DNA of 64,000 nucleotides from a virus: IMG/VR virus record IMGVR_UViG_3300022562_001344, positions 1 to 64,000 of that record; one strand, 5' to 3'. Shown piece by piece: positions 56,525 to 64,000 of this stretch (position 1 is its first letter; each line of letters starts with the position of its first letter). The notes under the pieces were generated by a model. It saw only the letters and a program-made list of their open reading frames with translations, ran no database searches and was not told where the DNA came from. The position numbers and the translations under genes were made by a program.

Positions 56525-56758
56525 ATGGGTCTATACGACATCGTTGTGCCGGACGGCCTGGATGTTCTGATCAAGGATGAGCGCTTCACTGGTCCCCTCC
56601 GTGTCGGTTCTTCGCTTGCCGCGGCCTTACTTAAGATGCGCGGGTCAGTCCGTCTCGGCCCCTGCCCGAAATGTGAGTTCCTCTGTCTTTACAGGGACGG
56701 CCTCGTCGTCCCGCACCCGGAGGAGGAGTGTATCGTGGCCCAGATCATGGAGTGCTGA
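56525..56758 (+). CDS. Small Zn-binding protein ending in VAQIMEC (alternative start 56459)
   Basis: CPKC...H...C. Confidence 0.6.
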   Translation: MGLYDIVVPDGLDVLIKDERFTGPLRVGSSLAAALLKMRGSVRLGPCPKCEFLCLYRDGLVVPHPEEECIVAQIMEC

Positions 56759-56759
56759 C

Positions 56760-56936
56760 GTGGCTATCTTCAAGTCCGTGGATTACGAGGAGGTCGTCTT
56801 CACCTGCCCGAGGTGTGAGGCCGAGGTCTTCGCCACTATCCCGAACGACATCGAGTCTGCGATCACCTGCAAGGGGTGCGGAGTGACCCTCCACATAGAC
56901 CTGGACGCCGCCGAGGAGATCGAGAAGCCGAACTGA
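56760..56936 (+). CDS. Small zinc-ribbon protein
   Basis: CPRC...CKGC. Confidence 0.65.
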   Translation: MAIFKSVDYEEVVFTCPRCEAEVFATIPNDIESAITCKGCGVTLHIDLDAAEEIEKPN

Positions 56937-57163
56937 TGGCCTACGCAGTCATCTGCCCGGACGACGTGGATAGGCTCCACACCCAGTGGTACGACGTCAA
57001 CCAGGCCGCCTTTGACGCGGCCTACTTCTCCCGGCGGACTCCGTGCGATGACTGGTCCGGCATCAAGGGATGCCCTGGCGGGATCCACACGTTCAGGGAT
57101 CCGATGGCCCTCACGGACGACCCGGAACTTCCGCTGGCTTGGGCCGTCGACGTCCCGACGTAA
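56936..57163 (+). CDS. Hypothetical protein
   Basis: TGATG coupling with GAGGAG upstream. Confidence 0.6.
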   Translation: MAYAVICPDDVDRLHTQWYDVNQAAFDAAYFSRRTPCDDWSGIKGCPGGIHTFRDPMALTDDPELPLAWAVDVPT

Positions 57164-57171
57164 GGTGGAGT

Positions 57172-57714
57172 GTGGACCTCGAGACTGCCTCTGCGGGATA
57201 TCTGGAAGCCTTTAGGAGGAAGAGTAGGCTCGGAGGCACTCTAGCCCGGCTCAGGCGGGAGCTTGAGGAATTCGAGATACATTTTTCGAATGCTGAGAAG
57301 GATGTCGAGCGCTTCGACAAGGCTCGCAAAGCCGCCGGATGGCGGCCTCCGACGCCCCATCAGTGGGTGATGCGCAAGACTCGGAGGAAGGGGAAGGAAG
57401 GCTTCTTGGTCAGCTGCGGCCGGTGCGGGACCAAGATCTTCATGCCAAAGATACCGGACGCCAAGACCGAATTCAGTGAATTCCAGCGAGACATCCGGAT
57501 CGTGATGCACTTCGTGGACAAGACGCTCAAGATGCCGGAGGCGTTCTACAAGTCCATGTCCATTCCGTCCGACAGTGAGCACTTTCCGGACGGGGATATC
57601 GGCCTGCACGGGCGTCTCTCCAAGGAGTGCGACCTCGTCATTAGGCTCCCGGAGCTCCTGAAGGACTTCCACCTCCACGGGCCTAAGAGGCCGGCCGATG
57701 AGGAGTTCCAGTAG
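57172..57714 (+). CDS. Hypothetical protein with H...CxxC
   Basis: TAAGGT + 5 nt + GTG. Confidence 0.65.
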   Translation: MDLETASAGYLEAFRRKSRLGGTLARLRRELEEFEIHFSNAEKDVERFDKARKAAGWRPPTPHQWVMRKTRRKGKEGFLVSCGRCGTKIFMPKIPDAKTEFSEFQRDIRIVMHFVDKTLKMPEAFYKSMSIPSDSEHFPDGDIGLHGRLSKECDLVIRLPELLKDFHLHGPKRPADEEFQ

Positions 57715-57736
57715 TAACCCGGAAGGGAGCTGCTGG

Positions 57737-57946
57737 ATGAGGGAGACGAGAAAGTACGGGCGCCCGTACGAGGCGCCCGCCATGGAAGCGTTCCGCTACC
57801 GCGCGATCGAGCTTGGCCACGACCTGCGCCTGTGCTGCCGGTGCCTTCAGGGACGCCGGCGCTGCATGGACTCCAGGAGGAACGTCCACGCCGACAGGTC
57901 CTGGAAGGCGCACCGCCGGACCAGGTGGCGTACTGTCCCCCGGTGA
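57737..57946 (+). CDS. Small basic protein
   Basis: GGGAG RBS; RSWKAHRRTRWR ending. Confidence 0.55.
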   Translation: MRETRKYGRPYEAPAMEAFRYRAIELGHDLRLCCRCLQGRRRCMDSRRNVHADRSWKAHRRTRWRTVPR

Positions 57947-58239
57947 GGGAGCATCGTTGGAGCGCGGATCCAGATAGGGATGGGATCCTTGTTTGCTCCG
58001 AATGCGGGGAGTGGTGCTGGCCCGGGATGGGCGTTAAGGGGTACTACCACATGCACGGCCGAGACAGCGAGACGGGCTTCGGCTACTCATGGTTCATCTA
58101 TGGACCGAAGCCGGATTTCGAGGGTGTCCGATGGCCTGGCAAATCCAAGCCCGTCGGCATATCGGTAATCGAGAAGCGCACCACTCCCGTGTCAACTTCG
58201 TGCGACGAGTACCTGGTTAGTGGGATCATGGCTGAATAG
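57943..58239 (+). CDS. Small Zn-binding protein ending in VSGIMAE
   Basis: HRW...CSECG...SCDE; GTGA coupling. Confidence 0.6.
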   Translation: MREHRWSADPDRDGILVCSECGEWCWPGMGVKGYYHMHGRDSETGFGYSWFIYGPKPDFEGVRWPGKSKPVGISVIEKRTTPVSTSCDEYLVSGIMAE

Positions 58240-58268
58240 ATCCTCCCTTCGCGCTGTATTCTGCGTCC

Positions 58269-58775
58269 ATGGCTGAAATGACGATCTCCCAGGCCCTCCG
58301 CAGGATCAAGAAGTTGAAGGGCCAGCTCGCCGAAAACCTGATCCGGTCGCAGGCCGGCGTATCCTACCGGGTGGGCGCCCCTCCTGCTTTCGCGTTTACA
58401 GCGTCTGTTCAGAAAGCGGACGCAATTCGCCAGGAGCTCGTCCAGCTCGAGTCCCGTCTCGCTGTTACGAACGCGACGGCTCGGATCGATTTCCACGGAG
58501 ACTGTCCTACCATCGCGTTTGCTATTCGTCAGCTTCAGGAGCTGAAGAGCCAGATTGCTTGGTACAGGGCCTTGCCCGTCCGGGCACACGAGGAGACGTC
58601 CGAGGAGACCTGGGACTACGACGAGGGAGGGAAGCACGTCCGGACGCAGGTTCCGTGGAAGTGCGACCTTCCTGAGGAGAAGCGGGCCACCGTTGTGGAC
58701 GACCTTCAGGACCAATTCGACCGCCTCAACGACGCGGTCGAGAGGGCAAACCACGCCACGGTTCTCATGGCGTGA
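58269..58775 (+). CDS. Long helical-hairpin/coiled-coil protein (resembles the DIP1984-like family, from memory)
   Basis: MTISQALRRIKKLKGQL, LESRLAVTNA, TIAFAIRQLQELK, LQDQFDRLNDAVERANH; TATTCT + 6 nt + ATG. Confidence 0.8.
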   Translation: MAEMTISQALRRIKKLKGQLAENLIRSQAGVSYRVGAPPAFAFTASVQKADAIRQELVQLESRLAVTNATARIDFHGDCPTIAFAIRQLQELKSQIAWYRALPVRAHEETSEETWDYDEGGKHVRTQVPWKCDLPEEKRATVVDDLQDQFDRLNDAVERANHATVLMA

Positions 58776-58781
58776 AAGGAC

Positions 58782-58994
58782 GTGGGGCAGGAGGGCGAGC
58801 GCAGGAAGACCGGCGCGCCGCCAATGGCTTCGGCCTGAGGCAGCACCTCCTTTCTAAGGAGCTACAACGAACGCCACCGATACCCTAGCGGTTAGCGGTC
58901 AGACCATCCTTCAGCATTCAGCAATAAGCGATGAGGTCTGAGGCGTCAGCACTCACTAAAGCCGGTCCGCCCGTGCGGACCCTCCTGTCCCCAC
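58782..58994 (+). ncRNA. Putative structured RNA with a 7-nt periodic YNAG array
   Basis: GTGGGG/CCCCAC and CAGGAGGG/CCCTCCTG terminal stem; GACCGGC/GCCGGTC inner stem; cUUCGg hairpin; CTCCTT/AAGGAG hairpin; nine 7-nt units at 58885-58952. Confidence 0.72.
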
Positions 58995-58995
58995 T

Positions 58996-59214
58996 TTAAT
59001 CCCCCGGGTCAGCAAGTCCGAGGTTGGCCGTGAAGCAACGGAGGTGATATGCCGCCCTCCCGCGTCCCTCCGGGTCCCCCGCGTACGGAAGTATGACTCC
59101 CCGGTCCCCGGGTCCGAACTCCGTCCCGCATTCCGTGCACGGCCAATCCGGCGTCTTTCCTCGCTCGCAGCTTTCATTTACCGGTGCCCCCCATGGCTGT
59201 CCGAACCATTGCAT
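58996..59214 (-). CDS. Small Zn-binding protein
   Basis: CTECG...HLRC; TAAGAT + 6 nt + ATG. Confidence 0.7.
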   Translation of the reverse strand: MQWFGQPWGAPVNESCERGKTPDWPCTECGTEFGPGDRGVILPYAGDPEGRGRAAYHLRCFTANLGLADPGD

Positions 59215-59245
59215 GCCGGGATCTTACTCTGATGTATCCTCGATC

Positions 59246-59521
59246 ATGTCGGACTCGATCAAAGCCCTGAAAAGCGTCCTGCACTGGGCCGAGTTCGGGG
59301 AGCACGTCTCTGCGCGCCTCTCGAGCGTCCGCTTCATTCATGAAAGGGACGAGCAGACCCTCGACCGGGTCGTGAAGCAGGCCATGAAGATCATCTGCCC
59401 CCAGTGTCGTGGTGACGGACAGTCCTTTTTCTCCGATAACTCATGTAGCGAGTGTCATGGGACCGGCGAGAGGGCTTATGATCCGAACCTGAAGCCTGTC
59501 GGGGAGATCATGGAGTCTTGA
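59246..59521 (+). CDS. Small protein with DnaJ-type CxxCxGxG fingers, ending in VGEIMES
   Basis: CPQCRGDG, CSECHGTG; TATCCT + 5 nt + ATG. Confidence 0.72.
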   Translation: MSDSIKALKSVLHWAEFGEHVSARLSSVRFIHERDEQTLDRVVKQAMKIICPQCRGDGQSFFSDNSCSECHGTGERAYDPNLKPVGEIMES

Positions 59522-59838
59522 GCGTGAGCTCGAAAGAACTTACCCGGTGGCTCCGTTCCTGGGTCAAGGGGTACGGGCACACCTTCTGTCCCGCGAACTT
59601 CGGCATCTCCGCGGCCGTATGTCCTCGGTGTGGCCTCGTCGTCACCGCGCGCGGTAGGATCTTTTCCGATTCTAACGTTTGGCTTGTCAGGACCTGGGGG
59701 AGTCGTCTGGACCGCCTGATGGAGCGGGATCTCCCGGTCCCTCCCGGGTATCCGCCTCCCCATCTTCTCAGGCTGGCTGTCCTCAGCGTTTTACCGAAAT
59801 GCGGAATTCCGATAGTTCTCTCCGTGATGGGTGCGTAG
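59518..59838 (+). CDS. Hypothetical Zn-binding protein
   Basis: GH...CPRCG...C. Confidence 0.55.
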   Translation: MSVSSKELTRWLRSWVKGYGHTFCPANFGISAAVCPRCGLVVTARGRIFSDSNVWLVRTWGSRLDRLMERDLPVPPGYPPPHLLRLAVLSVLPKCGIPIVLSVMGA

Positions 59839-59846
59839 AGTCGGTC

Positions 59847-60245
59847 ATGAGCAAGGACACCAAGAAAATCCCGGACCTTCTTCCGCCCGCCGAGCTCCTG
59901 CGTGACAGCCCGTCCTCGGAGTACCTGGATCTTCTTTTCGCTCAGATCGAGCACCTCGAGCGCAAGTCAAAGGGTCTTTTGTCTGGACGTGTCCGGACTT
60001 TCGGGAGGGAGGGGTTCGTTCGTTACCAGTTTCGGGCCACGATTCCGAAGATCAACGGGTTGGAGGTCATTCTGTTCGACCTCGATCGTGATCCGTCGCT
60101 CGCCTCCTGCAAAGAGGACTTGGATGAGATCAGGGCTCGCTTCCTGGACGCGGACGTCGTTCGTGCCCTGAGGAACATGTACTCGATCGCTCTCTCCACC
60201 CCGGACCCGTTCGACGAATACCCATCGAAGGCCTCGGAGGCCTAG
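59847..60245 (+). CDS. Hypothetical protein
   Basis: TAGAGT + 5 nt + ATG. Confidence 0.65.
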   Translation: MSKDTKKIPDLLPPAELLRDSPSSEYLDLLFAQIEHLERKSKGLLSGRVRTFGREGFVRYQFRATIPKINGLEVILFDLDRDPSLASCKEDLDEIRARFLDADVVRALRNMYSIALSTPDPFDEYPSKASEA

Positions 60246-60508
60246 AATCGGACCTTCAGGGTCGCTATTGCTCCTCCGTCTGTCTTTTTGACCTCCAGGG
60301 ACTTGTCCCCGTCCCATCTCAGGACGAGCTTCGGGTCCGGGTGTCCGCTCACCGCCGTGTGCAGGTCCGCGACCCCCACGAACAGTGGGGACTTCAGCCC
60401 GAGTAGCCCTGATATATCCACTTCCGGGTGGTCAACCTTCTTCGCGATGGCTCCGGCTGCGTCGAGCGTCCTCTTGAGGTCTGTCTTCTTTAGTTCCTTC
60501 TCGGTCAT
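60242..60508 (-). CDS. Hypothetical protein
   Basis: AGGA RBS; 88 aa. Confidence 0.6.
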   Translation of the reverse strand: MTEKELKKTDLKRTLDAAGAIAKKVDHPEVDISGLLGLKSPLFVGVADLHTAVSGHPDPKLVLRWDGDKSLEVKKTDGGAIATLKVRF

Positions 60509-60631
60509 GTCCTGGCTTCTGACAAACGTCCCAGCCTAGCCCTGGACCCGTTACGCTCTCTATCGCGATGGCTCCCCGACAGCCTCCGGAGGCTTCCGGA
60601 TGCTCCTTGCTGCCCGGAGACGGTCCACGAC

Positions 60632-61579
60632 ATGCGGATCCTTATAGTAGAGGATAACCACCAGACCCGGCAGCTCCTGGTATACCTGCTGCAGGAAAGG
60701 TTCATGGAGGAGGCCAAGTTCCGTGAGGCCTCCGATCTAAAGACAGCCTTCCATTACCTGCGCATGTGGAAAGACGCCGACAGGAGAAGCCGCATCGAGG
60801 GAAAGGACGTGGACCCGATCTGCATCGTCCTTGACTTGTCCCTTCCGGATTCCGTCGGGCGAGAGACTTTCCTGAAGCTGTTCAAGGCTTTCCCCGATAT
60901 ACCTATCGTCGTCATGACGAACACGAACGACCGGTCCCTCGCCGAGGAGATGGTGGACATCGGTGCCCAGGATTACATCCTGAAGAATTTCACCGACGAG
61001 GAGGAGGTGTTCAGGCGCATATCCTTCGCCATAAGGCGACATCGCCGGTCCGTGTCCCTCCCCCCTCCCGACGCGGCCAGTATTCACAGGCTCGACTCGA
61101 CGAAGGCTGAGCTCCTTAGCGCGCATGAGAGCGGTGAGCACAGGGTTCTGGAGGCCAAGAGCACGGAGCTCCTCAGCGGCATCACCGAGCTCGTCAAGAA
61201 GACCTTCGTGAGCGTCCAGGAGGTCAACATAAAGCAGGAGAAGCTCTCTCTCTCCCAAGAGCACATGGGGAAGGAGATACAGACCTTGACGGACGAGGTC
61301 ACCGGGTCCGGGACCCGGCGCTCCATGCGGTCCGAGATAGAGATCACCAACAACGAAGTCAAGAACATTAAGTCGGACTTCGGTGAGTTGAAGGAGAGGA
61401 TCGACAGGGTCGAGGACAGAAGGGAAGAAGAGGTGAAACGCAAGGACTCGGCCTCGGTTCAGATCAAGACGCATCACATGGACAACCGGACGAAGATCAT
61501 CCTTGCGGCCCTAAGTCTCTTCGGTGCACTCGTCACGGCCTGGCTCGCTGCGAAATACGGGATTAGCGTGAAGCCATGA
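60632..61579 (+). CDS. Response regulator: receiver, coiled coil and C-terminal transmembrane helix
   Basis: ILIVEDN, VLDLSLPD, IVVMT, GAQDYILK; tail IILAALSLFGALVTAWLAA. Confidence 0.88.
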   Translation: MRILIVEDNHQTRQLLVYLLQERFMEEAKFREASDLKTAFHYLRMWKDADRRSRIEGKDVDPICIVLDLSLPDSVGRETFLKLFKAFPDIPIVVMTNTNDRSLAEEMVDIGAQDYILKNFTDEEEVFRRISFAIRRHRRSVSLPPPDAASIHRLDSTKAELLSAHESGEHRVLEAKSTELLSGITELVKKTFVSVQEVNIKQEKLSLSQEHMGKEIQTLTDEVTGSGTRRSMRSEIEITNNEVKNIKSDFGELKERIDRVEDRREEEVKRKDSASVQIKTHHMDNRTKIILAALSLFGALVTAWLAAKYGISVKP

Positions 61580-62736
61580 CCTTCGTCGATATTCTTCTGG
61601 CCGTTTTCGCGGTTTTGCTGCTCGCGGCTTTCCTCTCTTGTTTGAAGCGTCCGAGGACCGTAGAGATTCCGTTCTTCGACGACAAGTTCTTCGGTAAATC
61701 CCCAGATCCGTTGTGCGTGATCAGGCGGGACGGGAGGCTTCTCCGGGTGAACCGGACCCTCTCTGAAGCCCTGGGGTATGACGCGGCCGAGCTTCTCTCG
61801 ACCTCGCTCTTCGACCTGGTTCATCCGGACGACCGGGAGCGCACGATTTCCGAGCTCAGGGAGCTGCGGGGCGAGTCTTCAATTGTCTCTTTCGAGAATC
61901 GGCTCGCCTGCAAGGACGGGTCCGTTCGCTATCTGTCTTGGCGGCTTTTCCTGTCCCTGGACGGGGATATCTACGGTGTGGCTCAAGACAAAACAGACCA
62001 GGTCCTTAGGGAGGAGAGCCTCCGTGAGCTCAATGATGACCTCGAGCAGCTTCTGTACATAGCGTCCCACGATCTCCGCGAGCCCCTCGTCGGGGCCGCC
62101 GGCTTCATCTCCCTCGTCACGACGAAATACTCTGATTCCCTCAAGCCGGAGGCCTCGGACTTCCTGAAAGAGGCCCTCGACGGTATCCGCCTCATGGAGA
62201 AGAAGATCGACGACCTCCTCCTGCTCTCAAGGGCCGGACGCATCGACACAGACGAGCACTTCCATATGGCCGGTGCCATCAGGGACGCGATGGCGTCCCT
62301 GAATGGCCGGCTTACGGACGTGGAGGTGGTCCTGGAGATGAACGAGGACGAGGACCAGGTCGTGGGAAGCCGGGTCATGGTCGGTCAGGTTATACAGAAT
62401 ATCCTCGGGAACGCCCTGAAGTATCGCTCGTCGGACAGATCCCTGAGGGTGGCTCTCAGGGTTGCTAGGGACGGACGGTTCGTGAAGGTGTCCATATCCG
62501 ACAATGGGATAGGGTTTGATCCGCACCAGGCAGAGCGTGTTTTTCAGGCCTTCCAGCGTCTTCATTCCTCGGACTCTCCGTACTCCGGGACGGGCATAGG
62601 TTTGGCTCTTTGCCGTAAGATAGTGACGAGGCACGGAGGGTCCATCTGGGCCGAGTCCGTGGAAGGCAGAGGTTCGACCTTCCATTTCACGCTTCCGGCA
62701 AGGAAAGATGGCGAAGACGGACATCCTGCTGATTGA
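61576..62736 (+). CDS. Membrane-anchored PAS histidine kinase
   Basis: N-terminal TM; PAS (LVHPDD, KDGSVRYLSW); H-box ASHDLREPL; NALKY, DNGIG, FQAFQR, GTGIGL, GSTFHF. Confidence 0.95.
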   Translation: MTFVDILLAVFAVLLLAAFLSCLKRPRTVEIPFFDDKFFGKSPDPLCVIRRDGRLLRVNRTLSEALGYDAAELLSTSLFDLVHPDDRERTISELRELRGESSIVSFENRLACKDGSVRYLSWRLFLSLDGDIYGVAQDKTDQVLREESLRELNDDLEQLLYIASHDLREPLVGAAGFISLVTTKYSDSLKPEASDFLKEALDGIRLMEKKIDDLLLLSRAGRIDTDEHFHMAGAIRDAMASLNGRLTDVEVVLEMNEDEDQVVGSRVMVGQVIQNILGNALKYRSSDRSLRVALRVARDGRFVKVSISDNGIGFDPHQAERVFQAFQRLHSSDSPYSGTGIGLALCRKIVTRHGGSIWAESVEGRGSTFHFTLPARKDGEDGHPAD

Positions 62737-63118
62737 GGACGTCGCGGCCGACGTGAAGCTCATCTCCATAGCCCTTCGGACCTCCGTCCCGGACTTGAAC
62801 CTGCGCGTCGCCCGTGACGGCGAGGCTGGGATGGCGGAGCTTCTCAAGAGGCGTCCCGGCCTTCTTCTGCTCGACCTGAACATTCCGAAGAGGAGCGGGC
62901 TCGAGGTTCTCGAGGACCTCAGGGCGGACTCGGTCCTCCATACCCTCCCGGTCATCATCCTTACGAACTCCACGTCTCCGAGGGACGTCGAGTCCGCCTA
63001 TCGTGCCCGCTGCAACGCGTATGTCCGGAAGCCGGTCGGGTTCGACAAGCTCATGGAGGCCGTAGAGTCTATCAAGCGGTTCTGGCTCGACCTTGCTGTC
63101 ATACCGGGGATTTCGTGA
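62708..63118 (+). CDS. Single-domain response regulator (Rcp1-like)
   Basis: ILLIED, LLDLNIP, VIILTNS, AYVRKP. Confidence 0.92.
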   Translation: MAKTDILLIEDVAADVKLISIALRTSVPDLNLRVARDGEAGMAELLKRRPGLLLLDLNIPKRSGLEVLEDLRADSVLHTLPVIILTNSTSPRDVESAYRARCNAYVRKPVGFDKLMEAVESIKRFWLDLAVIPGIS

Positions 63119-63537
63119 AGCGTATCCGTGATCTAGTTCATCCCAGGGCCCTCCCTGGCTCGGATTACGAGGATATTCGAGACCTCATGCACTCCAGCCC
63201 CCCTGTGGACCCCGGCCGGACCTTGGCTGAGGATCGCGCCGGCGTCGCCTTGCCCGGGGACCCCGTTGAGGCGATCGACAACCCCTACGTCGGGAAGAAC
63301 CCGCAGGTCGTCCTTCGTTTGCTTCAGTCCGGCACGCTCTCCCCGGACCAGGAGGGCCTGGCCCGCGAGGCTATCTCCGTCTTCGAGAGCGTCTCTGGGG
63401 AGAACCTGACCGGCGGTATCGGGCGCGCTGTCCCGATACTGAAGAAGAGCGGAGACCAAGCTTCTGTCCGGGAGGTCGACGAGGACGTAACTCGAAACCC
63501 GGACTACGACCCGGAGCTGGCCGACCTTTTCCGCTAG
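63115..63537 (+). CDS. Hypothetical protein
   Basis: GTGA-coupled to the response regulator; IRDL(V/M)H twice. Confidence 0.65.
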   Translation: MKRIRDLVHPRALPGSDYEDIRDLMHSSPPVDPGRTLAEDRAGVALPGDPVEAIDNPYVGKNPQVVLRLLQSGTLSPDQEGLAREAISVFESVSGENLTGGIGRAVPILKKSGDQASVREVDEDVTRNPDYDPELADLFR

Positions 63538-63573
63538 GCGTAGGTTCTCGGACCCGGGACGTACCGAGCCCCG

Positions 63574-63798
63574 ATGAAGGCTCTCGTTCTTTTCCTGTCC
63601 CTCGCCGTGCAGCTTCACGGCGATAGCCGTGCGGCCGTCTTCCGTCGCTGCGTTTCTTGCACGAACCAGTGCTCTGTGGAGTATCGGCACGGACCGGACA
63701 GGGATGAGTGTCTGCGCCAGTGTTTCCGGGCAAAGGCCTCTGACTGCCGACAGAACGGGCATGGGCCCGGCCCCCATAAGACCTGTAGTTGTACCTGA
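63574..63798 (+). CDS. Secreted 8-Cys peptide
   Basis: Signal-like MKALVLFLSLAV; CxxCxxxC, CxxxC, C, CxC. Confidence 0.65.
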   Translation: MKALVLFLSLAVQLHGDSRAAVFRRCVSCTNQCSVEYRHGPDRDECLRQCFRAKASDCRQNGHGPGPHKTCSCT

Positions 63799-63810
63799 AA
63801 GGACCGCCGT

Positions 63811-64000
63811 ATGGAAATGCTCCCTCACCGTCGAATCATCCTCCCGCTCGACGTCTCGACCCCGGTTGAGGCCATCGACCTCGCCTCTGACTTGCACGAG
63901 CACGTCGGGATGGTCAAGGTCGGCCTTCAGCTCTTCACCACGGCCGGTCCGTCCCTTCTCGAGCTCAGGGACGAGCTCGGTCTCAAAATGTTCCTGGACT
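63811..64000 (+). CDS. pyrF: Orotidine-5'-phosphate decarboxylase, 5' part (runs off the window)
   Basis: Manual translation: MEMLPHRRIILPLDV...VGMVKVGLQLFTTAGP...KMFLD; AAAGGA RBS. Confidence 0.88.
   Translation, partial: MEMLPHRRIILPLDVSTPVEAIDLASDLHEHVGMVKVGLQLFTTAGPSLLELRDELGLKMFLD

Noticed and set aside
58885-58959. CRISPR array or simple microsatellite
   Set aside because: Units are 7 nt with no spacers or cas genes, and only the YNAG core is conserved; reported as a putative RNA instead
1-64000. Bacterial chromosome or stop-codon recoding
   Set aside because: A complete head module and phage-type gene density argue for a phage; conserved genes read through in the standard code and end at TAA, TAG and TGA

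Overview
A ~65% GC, densely coding segment of a large (jumbo-type) tailed phage genome. I see no host housekeeping context, and no tRNA, rRNA or CRISPR array. From left to right it holds: nucleotide metabolism (ThyX, a PurZ-type synthetase); a secreted lytic transglycosylase; three divergent sigma-like proteins; a bacterial-style replication/repair block (delta', delta, tau/gamma, probable beta clamp, class II RNR, a LigA split into two divergent genes, RecD2, SbcD plus a half SbcC, DnaG, NusG, 5'-3' exonuclease); a head module (TerL, portal, protease, scaffold, MCP) with many putative internal head proteins sharing an (R/K)-(V/T/I)-A-(S/A) motif; a run of small accessory ORFs; a complete two-component system; and the start of PyrF. 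The most striking unexplained element is at 58269-58994. There a coiled-coil protein gene is followed by a ~213-nt self-closing structured RNA whose loop carries nine YNAG units at exact 7-nt spacing. Other highlights are PurZ in a Pol III-type jumbo phage, the split ligase, a sigma/DnaA-domain-IV fusion, a membrane-anchored response regulator and a C-terminal tag shared by five small proteins. All family assignments come from motif recognition by eye, not database searches. Several starts were moved from the ORF track to positions supported by an RBS or a -10 box.
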